Shown here in pieces: positions 55,809 to 64,000 of a DNA stretch of 64,000 nucleotides. Where the stretch lies: contig JAZKEF010000011.1 of the NCBI GenBank assembly GCA_040387195.1, positions 172,077 to 236,076 of the forward strand, given 5' to 3'. Source of the DNA: Bacteroidota bacterium. GTDB lineage: Bacteria > Bacteroidota > Bacteroidia > UKL13-3. Made by a program: the position numbers and the translations under genes. The notes beneath the pieces were generated by a model. That model did not search any database, was not told where the DNA came from, and saw only the letters and a list, made by a program, of their open reading frames with translations. The first letter of the stretch is position 1. The number at the start of each line of letters is the position of its first letter.

Positions 55809-56657
55809 ATGAAAAAACTTGTTTTAATATCCTTGCTGCTTGTTGCTGTTGTGAGCCGGGCACAGCACACATCGTGCTGCTCGGTAAATAGCATTACCAA
55901 AGCAAATGCAACACTCGCCATGAACGAATCGTTTGCAAAAGCGCATGTAGAACCAATTCCATTCCTGCTCGAAAGCCCAAAGGGAGAGATGGTGGAGTTT
56001 ACCACTGCTGATGGTAAAAAGGGCAGGGGGTATTTGATTAAAGCTGCTCAGAAAAGTAAAAAATACCTGTTCATCTTTCACGAATGGTGGGGACTGAATG
56101 ATTATATCAAAAAGGAAGCGGAACATTTTTACGGAGACCTGAAAGATGTGAACGTACTGGCCATCGACCTGTATGATGGCAATATTGCAACTACCCGCGA
56201 AGAGGCTCAGAAATTTGTAGGTGAGATGACCGATGCACGTAACAGAACCATTATTAACGGAGCATTGGTGTATGCGGGTAAAGGCGCAAAAGTAATAACA
56301 CTGGGCTGGTGCATGGGTGGTTCGTGGAGTTTGCAAACCGCTATTGAAGGTGGCAAAAAGGTAAAAGGATGCGTGATGTATTACGGATTTCCGGAGATGG
56401 ACGTAGAGAAACTGAAAAAACTAAAAACCGATGTGCTGGGTATTTTTGCAGAAAAGGATGAACATATCAATGTTGAATTGGTAAAATCCTTTGAAGGAAA
56501 AGTAAAGGAAGCGGGAAAAAAGATTGTGGTATATAATTATGTTGCCGGGCACGCATTTGCCAATCCCAGCAACCCTGATTATAATAAACAGGCGACCGAA
56601 GACGCTTATGATACCAAGGTTTTGCCGTATCTCAAAAAAGCATTGAAGGTTAAGTAA
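55809..56657 (+). CDS. Dienelactone hydrolase family protein, secreted.
   Basis: Signal peptide MKKLVLISLLLVAVVSRAQ (internal Met used). HEWWGLNDY and nucleophile elbow GWCMGG (Cys-type DLH). Confidence 0.75.
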   Translation: MKKLVLISLLLVAVVSRAQHTSCCSVNSITKANATLAMNESFAKAHVEPIPFLLESPKGEMVEFTTADGKKGRGYLIKAAQKSKKYLFIFHEWWGLNDYIKKEAEHFYGDLKDVNVLAIDLYDGNIATTREEAQKFVGEMTDARNRTIINGALVYAGKGAKVITLGWCMGGSWSLQTAIEGGKKVKGCVMYYGFPEMDVEKLKKLKTDVLGIFAEKDEHINVELVKSFEGKVKEAGKKIVVYNYVAGHAFANPSNPDYNKQATEDAYDTKVLPYLKKALKVK

Positions 56658-56747
56658 CAATTGGGAAATTCGAATGTTGAAACACGAAATTCGAAAGGAA
56701 GAATACCCCGTAACTCAGTAACAAGATTTATATCAATTCCATAAATA

Positions 56748-56783
56748 AATGACCTGCAAACTTTAACATTGCAGGTCATTTTA
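56748..56783 (+). terminator. Rho-independent terminator after the dienelactone hydrolase gene.
   Basis: aatgacctgcaa-actttaaca-ttgcaggtcatt forms a 12-bp perfect stem, followed by ttttag. Confidence 0.7.
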
Positions 56784-56799
56784 GTTAGCACAAAATCAG

Positions 56800-57129
56800 A
56801 TGAATTGGAATAAAATAGAAAGCACAGACCAATTGGCACATATTACACAGGAATCAAACGGCCAACCCATATTGTTATTTAAACATAGCACCCGTTGTTC
56901 CATTAGTTCAGCAGCTTTAGCCAGGCTTGAGCGGAGTTGGGTTGAGGATAATGGTATTAAGCCCTACTACCTCGATTTATTGGCCTACCGCCCGCTGTCT
57001 ATGGAAATAGCTGCTTTATTCGGAGTTGAGCACGAGTCGCCACAAGCATTGCTCATCAGCAACGGAAAATGTGTGTACCACGAATCGCATATGGGAATTA
57101 ACGTTTCCGACATGCTGAGTGTGTTGTAA
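56800..57129 (+). CDS. ytxJ: YtxJ family thioredoxin-like protein (bacillithiol system, monothiol TxxC-type).
   Basis: ...ILLFKHSTRCSISS... is the single-Cys TRCSIS motif typical of YtxJ/DUF2847. 109 aa. Confidence 0.75.
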   Translation: MNWNKIESTDQLAHITQESNGQPILLFKHSTRCSISSAALARLERSWVEDNGIKPYYLDLLAYRPLSMEIAALFGVEHESPQALLISNGKCVYHESHMGINVSDMLSVL

Positions 57130-57224
57130 TTAACCACTGGTTGTACAATATGGTGGAGTTTCTGCACATGCTGTTGAAATTCATTTGAAGACCACTCACC
57201 ACCTAATGCTATTTTCGCAGGGTT

Positions 57225-58355
57225 ATGTTGGAAGCAATAAGTATTAACGGATTTATGTTGGCGGGCGCATTGGTAGTTGTACTTCTGGTGCAGTTGTATT
57301 ACCATGTTGTTGTATTGGGAAAATTTGCTTTTCACAAGCAGCAGCCTTCCGCTAACCATAGGCAGGAGCCGGTATCCATCATCATTGCAGCACGCAATGA
57401 ATATGAAAACCTGCAAAAATATTTACCGGCCATTCTCAATCAGGACTATCCCGAATTTGAAGTAGTGGTTGTCAACCATTGCTCATGGGACAATAGCCAG
57501 CAATACCTCGAAGAACTCCAACTGCAATACAAACACCTGAAAGTATCGCAGCTTATTGAGCAGGAAAAATATCCTACCGGCAAAAAGTTTGCATTAACCA
57601 TTGGTATCAAAGCAGCCAAATACGATCAGCTGTTGTTTACAGATGCCGATTGTGAGCCTGCAAGCAATCAGTGGCTGGCATTGATGGCAGGTCGTTTTGA
57701 TAACAATGCCCAAATTGTATTGGGGTATTCTCCGTATTATAAAAAAGGAGGAATGCTTAATTTATACGACCGCTTTCAAACGGTTGTAACTGCTGTATTT
57801 TATTTTTCGTTTGCCCTTGCCGGAAATACCTTTATGGGAGTGGGCCGAAACCTTGCTTACCGCAAAGAGTTATTCTTCCGCCATAAAGGCTTTGCAAGCC
57901 ACCAGCACATCATGAGCGGTGATGATGATTTGTTTATCAACGAAGCTGCAACTCCACATAATGTGGCCATTGAATACAGTGCCGAAAGTTTTACCTGGTC
58001 GGATGCCAAGCCGAACTTTGAAGCATGGTCACGGCAAAAGTCCCGCCACATGACTACCGGCAAACATTATAAAACCAAACACAAACGTTCACTGGGTGTG
58101 TATTATGCAACCTTGTTTTTGTTTTACGGATTACTGGCGGCCACCTTGCTCGTAAGCATCGAAACCTGGCCTATTGTACTTGGTGCGTACGCATTGAGAT
58201 TGATCACACAGGTTATCGTGTATTACAACGCAACGGTAAAACTCAAGAATACATCACTCGTTTGGTCTATTCCGGTAAACGATTTTCTGTTTTGCCTGTT
58301 TATGCTATTCTACGGAACCAAAGGTTTTTTTACCCGCAATACGAAGAGCTGGTGA
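57225..58355 (+). CDS. Integral-membrane GT2 glycosyltransferase.
   Basis: N-terminal TM, GT-A core (IIIAARNEYENL, DAD in FTDADCEP), and C-terminal multi-TM region. Confidence 0.7.
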   Translation: MLEAISINGFMLAGALVVVLLVQLYYHVVVLGKFAFHKQQPSANHRQEPVSIIIAARNEYENLQKYLPAILNQDYPEFEVVVVNHCSWDNSQQYLEELQLQYKHLKVSQLIEQEKYPTGKKFALTIGIKAAKYDQLLFTDADCEPASNQWLALMAGRFDNNAQIVLGYSPYYKKGGMLNLYDRFQTVVTAVFYFSFALAGNTFMGVGRNLAYRKELFFRHKGFASHQHIMSGDDDLFINEAATPHNVAIEYSAESFTWSDAKPNFEAWSRQKSRHMTTGKHYKTKHKRSLGVYYATLFLFYGLLAATLLVSIETWPIVLGAYALRLITQVIVYYNATVKLKNTSLVWSIPVNDFLFCLFMLFYGTKGFFTRNTKSW

Positions 58356-58361
58356 GAGGAT

Positions 58362-58396
58362 AGTTAATGGTTATTAGTTATTGAGTTATGAATGTT
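58362..58396. repeat. Degenerate heptamer array AGTTAAT GGTTATT AGTTATT GAGTTAT GAATGTT, immediately 3' of the GT2 gene and about 200 nt upstream of rsmG.
   Basis: Clear 7-nt periodicity. The unit is the same as in the perfect (AGTTAAT)n array at 41971. It also contains AGTTATTGAGTTAT, which is the reverse complement of the 49087 octamer repeat. Confidence 0.7.
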
Positions 58397-58597
58397 GAAG
58401 ATGGTAACTGTTAATTATATTAATATTGTGCATGAATGAGAAGTTACTGTTGTTTCCAATAACTGCAATTAATTTTTTCTGCGTAATCTGCGAGATCAGC
58501 GGGCAACAATTCACGTATGTCAACTCTTCAGCTATCATTCCTGATACAACAAATTAACAAACAACACAATTAACATAATAACCTATAAACTACCAGC

Positions 58598-59230
58598 ATG
58601 GATATCCTTCTCAAATACTTCCCCGACCTTACCGAACAGCAACAAAAACAATACGCTGCATGTTTTGACCTGTATAAAGAATGGAACGAAAAGATTAATG
58701 TCATTTCACGCAAGGATATTGATTCGCTGTTTGAGAAACACATCCTGCACTCGTTGGCTATTGCTAAATTTATTTCCTTTCGCCCCAATACTCAAGTGCT
58801 CGACATTGGCACCGGGGGAGGTTTTCCGGGTGTTCCTTTAAGTATCTTTTTTCCGGAAGTAAACTTTACCATGTGTGATTCCATCGCCAAAAAAATTACG
58901 GTTGCCGAAACCGTTTCCCAATCACTCGGATTGCAGAATACCGATTTTGTGGTTGGAAGGGTAGAGCAGTTAAAGGAAAAATTCGACTTCATTGTAAGCC
59001 GCGCAGTTGCTCCTTGCGAACAATTGTACCGGTGGACAAACAGTTACATCGAAGAGGAAAACAACAATCCCAAGTTTAACGGATACCTGTTGCTGAAAGG
59101 TGGCGATTTGAGGGAAGAAATAAAAGCACTCAAACTGGTAAACAAAAAACTGATCATAGAAGAGTATGCGCTCAATAAATGGTTTGACGAAGAATTTTTC
59201 GAAACCAAAAAATTAGTTTACATCTATTAA
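58598..59230 (+). CDS. rsmG: 16S rRNA (guanine527-N7)-methyltransferase.
   Basis: SAM motif VLDIGTGGGFPGVPL, plus GidB family length and layout. Confidence 0.85.
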   Translation: MDILLKYFPDLTEQQQKQYAACFDLYKEWNEKINVISRKDIDSLFEKHILHSLAIAKFISFRPNTQVLDIGTGGGFPGVPLSIFFPEVNFTMCDSIAKKITVAETVSQSLGLQNTDFVVGRVEQLKEKFDFIVSRAVAPCEQLYRWTNSYIEEENNNPKFNGYLLLKGGDLREEIKALKLVNKKLIIEEYALNKWFDEEFFETKKLVYIY

Positions 59231-59333
59231 GATAGACAATATGTAGATCGTTCATTGGCATTTGTCTATAAAAAATAGTCCTCCTTGTCTTTTTCAGCAA
59301 CCAAATACTATATTGTAGAGGTATTGCTATGAA

Positions 59334-61952
59334 ATGAAATCAAAAATATTTTTACACCTTATTTGTATCTTACTATCAGCCCACACGTTTGCACAGCAAG
59401 GCGTTAAGGGTGTTGTGCTCGATAGCAAAAACAAACCCGTAGGATTTGTTACCATTTATTGCAAGGAGGTGAAAAAAGCCACCAACAGCAACGAAGATGG
59501 TGCCTATGAATTAACATTACCTCCCGGTGAGCATCAGGTTTATTTTCAATCTGTGGGTTATAAAACTACTGTTGCTTCGGTATCCGTAAGTGATGGGTAT
59601 GTGGTAAACAATATTGTGCTCCCCGAGCAGGCTTATGGCTTAAAAGATGTCAATATCACATCGGTGGGAACCAATCCCGCAGTGTGGATTATGCGCAAGG
59701 CAATTGCGGCCGCACCTTATTACCGCAGACAGGTATTGATGTACACATCCAAAGTGTATATCAAAGGTTCGGGCAAACTCGATAATATTCCTTTTCTGTT
59801 TAAAGGTGCCTTAAAAAAGGACGGCATTGTTGAGGGTAAAACATTGTTGCTGGAAAGTGTGAATGAAGTTGCGTTTACCCAACCCAATACCTATAAGGAA
59901 AAAGCATTGTCGGTTAAAAGTTCCTTACCGATGGATGGTATGCCACAGCCAATGGCAATGGCCCGCGGGAGTATGTACACTGCGGGTACCGAAGGTGTCG
60001 TTTCCCCGTTATCGCCTCAGGCATTTTCGGTATATGACTTTAAACTTGAAGGCAGTTTTTATGAAGATGGCCGGGAGGTAAACAAGATCAAGGTGATCCC
60101 TAAACGCAAAGGGAAGGATGTATACACAGGATACATGTTCATCATGGAAGGGTTGTGGTGTTTGCACAGTACTGATTTAACCAGCATGTCGTCTGCTTTT
60201 AAAGTTCGCATCATCACATCATTCCGCCCCGTTTCCGGTTACGATTATGTGTGGATGCCGGTTACCTATGATATTAATGTTTCAGGAGGTTTTATGGGGT
60301 TTGAGGGTAGTTTCCGTTACCTCGCTTCGGTAGGCAATTATAAAATAAAGCTCAATCCCAACCTAGATCATAAATGGGTGCAACTCCATACCAAAGACCC
60401 GGGAGCCATGCCGGTTGCAAAAGAAGAAACCACCGCAGCCAAACCTGAAAAGCCGAAAACCAAACGGCAGCGGGATATTGAAGAACTGCTGGCCAAGGAA
60501 CAACTGAGCAAGATGGAAATGATACGGCTTTCCAATAAAATGAAACTTGAATCGGAAGCAGACCAACGCAACAATTTACGGGTGGATGAAGATTCTTCCT
60601 CCATGGAAATAGACAGCATGGCCAACAAACGTGATAGTTTGTTCTGGAAAGAAAACCGAACAGTACCACTCATGGAAAGTGAAGTGGTGAGCTATAAACA
60701 CTCCGACTCACTGGCATTAAAAAAGGATACACTTGCCAAAGATACTACCCGTAAAAAAGGCTTTGATGTGATGGGAATCATCTTTGGCAAACGCTACCTG
60801 TTCAACCAAAAGAAAAATTACCTCGACTGGAGCGGAATAGGACCTGACGGAGAAATTTTTGTAAATACAGTGGATGGCTGGGGTGCCTCGGTGCAATGGC
60901 AATTGGGCAATATCCGCAAGGATGCAAAGGAGTGGCAGTTTACCAACAATATACGTGTACCATTTGAACGAAGTTGTGTGAATACCTTCGCCAAGATGGA
61001 GTACAATTATGCTCCGTTAACCAAAGGAAAAGTATCGGTTGAAGGGGGAACATATATCCGGGATTTTAATGCAACAGGCGGACCCACACCATTTGTAAAT
61101 AACCTGATGCTGATTGTGGACGGTCGTAATTTATTGAAGCTCTACCAGCAGGAATATGTGAAAGCCAATCACGACAAAGAGTTAACCAACGGGCTGCTAT
61201 GGCACACGGAACTGGGCTGGTATCACCGGTATGAACTCACCAATATTTCACGGTACGCAACACGCGAGGGCAATGGAAAAATTACCACCAACGAACCTGT
61301 TGCAGGATACCACATGCCAACACATGATGCAACTATAATAACCAATACGATTACCTATACACCCCGTCAGCGCTACAGAATAGACAACAACCGTAAGTAT
61401 TATGTACAAGGGAAACTGCCTACCTTTCTGGTATCCGTAACCAATGGTGTTCCATCGGTATTGAACAGCACAGTTGATTATGGCAGGATGAGTCTCACGG
61501 TGATTGAACGGATCAACATATTCCATTGGCTGGGTGTGAATACCAAAATCAGCCATGGTTTTTTCCTGTACAACAACCGCACGTATTTCCCCGACTACAA
61601 TCAGTTCATCGGCAACCGATCACCTTTATTAACGGGTGATCCGCTGTATACTTTCAGACAACTGGATTATTACAGCTCAGCCACCACCAATGGGTATACA
61701 ACGTTGCATGCAGAGTTTGATTTTAAGCGACTGGTATTAAAACGACTTCCCCTCATCAACATGACCGGTATCCGTGAGGTTATTTTTTACAATGGGTTGC
61801 ACACACAATCCCAGACACCTTACCAGGAAATAGGGTATGGACTGGAAGCATTAGGTGGACTGTTAAGGGCAGATGTATTTGCCGGATACAAGGGTACCAG
61901 CTACAACAATTGGGGTGTGCGGGTTATTTTAAATTTTAAGGGGATAAGGTAG
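59334..61952 (+). CDS. DUF5686 protein, 872 aa, with an N-terminal carboxypeptidase-regulatory-like (CarbopepD_reg_2) domain. Outer-membrane associated.
   Basis: Signal peptide. VKGVVLDSKNKPVGFVTIY...SNEDGAYEL...GEHQVYFQSVGYKT is the CarbopepD_reg_2 signature. Long beta-rich body with a K/E-rich low-complexity insert (about 60420-60700). Confidence 0.7.
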   Translation: MKSKIFLHLICILLSAHTFAQQGVKGVVLDSKNKPVGFVTIYCKEVKKATNSNEDGAYELTLPPGEHQVYFQSVGYKTTVASVSVSDGYVVNNIVLPEQAYGLKDVNITSVGTNPAVWIMRKAIAAAPYYRRQVLMYTSKVYIKGSGKLDNIPFLFKGALKKDGIVEGKTLLLESVNEVAFTQPNTYKEKALSVKSSLPMDGMPQPMAMARGSMYTAGTEGVVSPLSPQAFSVYDFKLEGSFYEDGREVNKIKVIPKRKGKDVYTGYMFIMEGLWCLHSTDLTSMSSAFKVRIITSFRPVSGYDYVWMPVTYDINVSGGFMGFEGSFRYLASVGNYKIKLNPNLDHKWVQLHTKDPGAMPVAKEETTAAKPEKPKTKRQRDIEELLAKEQLSKMEMIRLSNKMKLESEADQRNNLRVDEDSSSMEIDSMANKRDSLFWKENRTVPLMESEVVSYKHSDSLALKKDTLAKDTTRKKGFDVMGIIFGKRYLFNQKKNYLDWSGIGPDGEIFVNTVDGWGASVQWQLGNIRKDAKEWQFTNNIRVPFERSCVNTFAKMEYNYAPLTKGKVSVEGGTYIRDFNATGGPTPFVNNLMLIVDGRNLLKLYQQEYVKANHDKELTNGLLWHTELGWYHRYELTNISRYATREGNGKITTNEPVAGYHMPTHDATIITNTITYTPRQRYRIDNNRKYYVQGKLPTFLVSVTNGVPSVLNSTVDYGRMSLTVIERINIFHWLGVNTKISHGFFLYNNRTYFPDYNQFIGNRSPLLTGDPLYTFRQLDYYSSATTNGYTTLHAEFDFKRLVLKRLPLINMTGIREVIFYNGLHTQSQTPYQEIGYGLEALGGLLRADVFAGYKGTSYNNWGVRVILNFKGIR

Positions 61953-62115
61953 TTGGTTAATGTTTTTCGGCTGTAATGTTTAAACGGTGGCTAAACGAAA
62001 GACCATACAGTACTGTAACAAGTCACGGACGGCCGCGACAACGGGGGGCTTAACCCGCTTTTTTGCCCAGTGTCTGCTAGTGGTTCGAGTTTCTGTTTGC
62101 GCTATTGCTGTCATT

Positions 62116-62646
62116 TCATTTTTCAATTTGTTTGCCCCAAATATTATTGTTAGCGTCTGCAACGTTTACCATAACTCTTTCAAATTTTTCTCCGTCTTGT
62201 CCTTCAATGTTTACTGTCAAATTTATGTTGTCCCCAATTTTCTTAAAGTCAAAATTGTATGTGTGTGGTTCGGGTATTGCGTCATAAAAGTCATTTGGAA
62301 TAAAATGTCGGACTATTGCATAACATTCATTGTCATAGACAACAAGAAAATCATTTTCACCGCATATAGTCTCAAAACTTGTTGCTTTATTGTCACTATA
62401 CACAACGTTGTCAAACCCCATTTTTATTAGATTTTCATCCGAGCCTTCGTTAATAGAGTAAAACCCCTTGTCAATCCGGATTTTGCCAGAGGAAAGAGAA
62501 TTGTCAACGGTTACAAATAGCTGGTTTTGGTCATTTTTAAAAAGTAAAAAATAAGTCAATAGTCCGCCAACAATTACTGCTGCAAATCCATATTTTAATA
62601 TTCTCGTCCACAACCTCATTCCGCATTTCCCCTCAACCTTTCGCAA
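62116..62646 (-). CDS. Hypothetical membrane-anchored protein, about 170 aa, in a locally AT-rich stretch.
   Basis: N-terminal TM (YGFAAVIVGGLLTYFLLF), then a soluble domain with two Cys. GC is visibly lower than the flanks. An alternative start at M10 would remove the 14-nt overlap with the permease. Confidence 0.4.
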   Translation of the reverse strand: MRKVEGKCGMRLWTRILKYGFAAVIVGGLLTYFLLFKNDQNQLFVTVDNSLSSGKIRIDKGFYSINEGSDENLIKMGFDNVVYSDNKATSFETICGENDFLVVYDNECYAIVRHFIPNDFYDAIPEPHTYNFDFKKIGDNINLTVNIEGQDGEKFERVMVNVADANNNIWGKQIEK

Positions 62647-63934
62647 ACAGCCATTTCCCTATTTCTTTATAGCTTGGTTTTTTGCCGTACATTAAAATAC
62701 CAATGCGGTAAATCCTGCCGGCAAGCCATACCGTAAAAATAAAACCAAGGATCATACAACCCATGGACAGGAACAGTTCCCAGGTAGGTACACCGAAAGG
62801 CATCCGTACCATCATCACCACCGGGGAGGTGAATGGAATGATGGATAACCAGAAAGCCATAGGGCCGTTGGGATTGCTGATCACCACGCTTTGTGCCAGC
62901 ACCAACGCCAATACCAGCGGCATGGTAACCGGTAACATAAATTGTTGGGTATCGGTTTCGTTGTCCACTGCCGAACCGATGGCTGCGAATAAGGCTCCGT
63001 AGAATAAATAACCTGTAGTGAAGTAGAATAAAAAAACCGATGCGAGATAGGTATAGTTAAACCCAAGAAGCGCCTGAATAAATGAACCCGATTCGCTCAC
63101 TGCTTTACCGCTGTGTGCCAAAGCACCTTGCGCTTCGGGCGAAAGATCCATTTGCGAAGCCAGGATTCCGGTAGAGCCACCACCGAGTATGGTGATTAAA
63201 ACCACCCAAATTAAAAATTGGGTGAGGCCAACCAAAGCAATGCCTATTATTTTACCCATCATCAACTCAAAGGGTTTGATGGACGAAATAATGACTTCCA
63301 CAATCCGGTTTGTTTTTTCTTCTATCACACCGCGCATTACCTGTACACCATATAAAAAGATGAACATGTAAATTAAAATGGCTGCCGCAAACCCAATGGC
63401 ACTGCTGGCTGCCGCACTGCTGCTTTCAGCTCCCGTATCCGTTGCCTTGGCGGTGTTGATATGGATATCTACATCATTCACTTCCTCGATCTGAGCTGAA
63501 GTAACTCCCATCCGTTCAAGCTTGCGTTGTTTTAACACATCGGCCAGCTGGTTTTCAATATAACCCACCATCGATAAACTGGGTTGGTCAATAGCTACCA
63601 GGTCAATCTTTTTTAAAGCAGAGTCGGAGAGGGTGAGCAGGGCATAATAGTTCTCCTTTTCCAAAAAGGTTTTGGTATTTTTTTCTTCCGGTTGCGGACC
63701 GTACACAAACTGTATGGTTTCCTTGGATGCAAGTTTTGCCGTAAAGGAACCACTTGGGTCGGTAACATAAATCCGTTTTTCCGATTCCCCGATATCCCTG
63801 TTCACGGCAAAGTAGATGATGATTCCGTAAAACGCAGAAATGAGCAACGGAGCAGCAAGCGTCATTACGATAAACGATTTTTTGCGCACCCTGGTAAGGT
63901 ATTCCCGTTTAATAACGAGCAGTATTTTATTCAT
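62633..63934 (-). CDS. ABC-2 family transporter permease with a large N-terminal extracytoplasmic loop.
   Basis: TM1, about 140-aa loop, then 5 TM helices. This ABC-2/NosY-like topology is typical of partners for a separate ATPase, which would lie beyond the window end. Confidence 0.7.
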   Translation of the reverse strand: MNKILLVIKREYLTRVRKKSFIVMTLAAPLLISAFYGIIIYFAVNRDIGESEKRIYVTDPSGSFTAKLASKETIQFVYGPQPEEKNTKTFLEKENYYALLTLSDSALKKIDLVAIDQPSLSMVGYIENQLADVLKQRKLERMGVTSAQIEEVNDVDIHINTAKATDTGAESSSAAASSAIGFAAAILIYMFIFLYGVQVMRGVIEEKTNRIVEVIISSIKPFELMMGKIIGIALVGLTQFLIWVVLITILGGGSTGILASQMDLSPEAQGALAHSGKAVSESGSFIQALLGFNYTYLASVFLFYFTTGYLFYGALFAAIGSAVDNETDTQQFMLPVTMPLVLALVLAQSVVISNPNGPMAFWLSIIPFTSPVVMMVRMPFGVPTWELFLSMGCMILGFIFTVWLAGRIYRIGILMYGKKPSYKEIGKWLFAKG

Positions 63935-64000
63935 AGCAGATATTTAACAAGCCCAAATATAATGGGATTGGCGGTTAAAAAAACAACGGAATAGGATAAA

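Noticed and set aside
1-64000. Search for tRNA, rRNA, CRISPR, integrase, transposase and restriction-modification or other defence gene signatures.
   Set aside because: None found. The only GGTTCGAA-like strings are inside coding sequence, and no IS terminal inverted repeats or recombinase motifs were seen.

Overview
This is a 64 kb chromosomal segment that looks like a Bacteroidota genome (Chitinophagaceae or Sphingobacteriia type). Lineage clues: many cargo proteins end in type A or type B T9SS C-terminal sorting domains, DUF1573, DUF2147, DUF2911, DUF4199 and DUF5686 proteins are present, and the KdpD sensor kinase is split. Genes are densely packed on both strands. I found no rRNA or tRNA genes, CRISPR arrays, transposases or integrases. 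Most genes are housekeeping: Sir2/CobB, the M13 peptidase PepO, LhgO, PepT, ABC-F, DapA, a YbdL-like aminotransferase with an omega-amidase, HtrA, Nth, an aldehyde dehydrogenase, TrxB, RsmG and glycosyltransferases.

Features I consider worth a second look:
- A potassium module: a KdpD C-terminal histidine kinase, kdpE, kup and a porin-like outer-membrane protein. The same direct-repeat box, TTTATA-N5-TTTATA, sits upstream of both the kinase and kup. It matches the architecture of the E. coli KdpE operator. No kdpFABC is in the window.
- A class II Fic gene whose first 12 nt (ATGCGGAGAATA) are copied three more times in its 5' leader, and three of the four copies lie in CCGCAT/ATGCGG palindromes.
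- A perfect (TTAATAG)x7 heptamer array in the promoter region of a DUF1573 gene, plus two degenerate relatives of the same repeat family elsewhere.
- Three T9SS cargo proteins with redox or haem signatures: a di-haem cytochrome c peroxidase, a single-CxxCH protein and a 4x CHRD protein.
- A DUF4199, GT2 (GtrB-like), GT4, GT4 operon arranged like GtrA/GtrB.
- Two neighbouring genes, a small OMP and a low-molecular-weight PTP, each broken by a one-base homopolymer frameshift.
- A low-GC hypothetical gene wedged next to an ABC-2 permease.

CDS coordinates follow the supplied ORF track, with starts trimmed where a signal peptide or a conserved N-terminus makes this clear. Several track 'M' starts are really TTG or GTG codons. 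Coordinates of non-ORF elements may be off by 1-2 nt.
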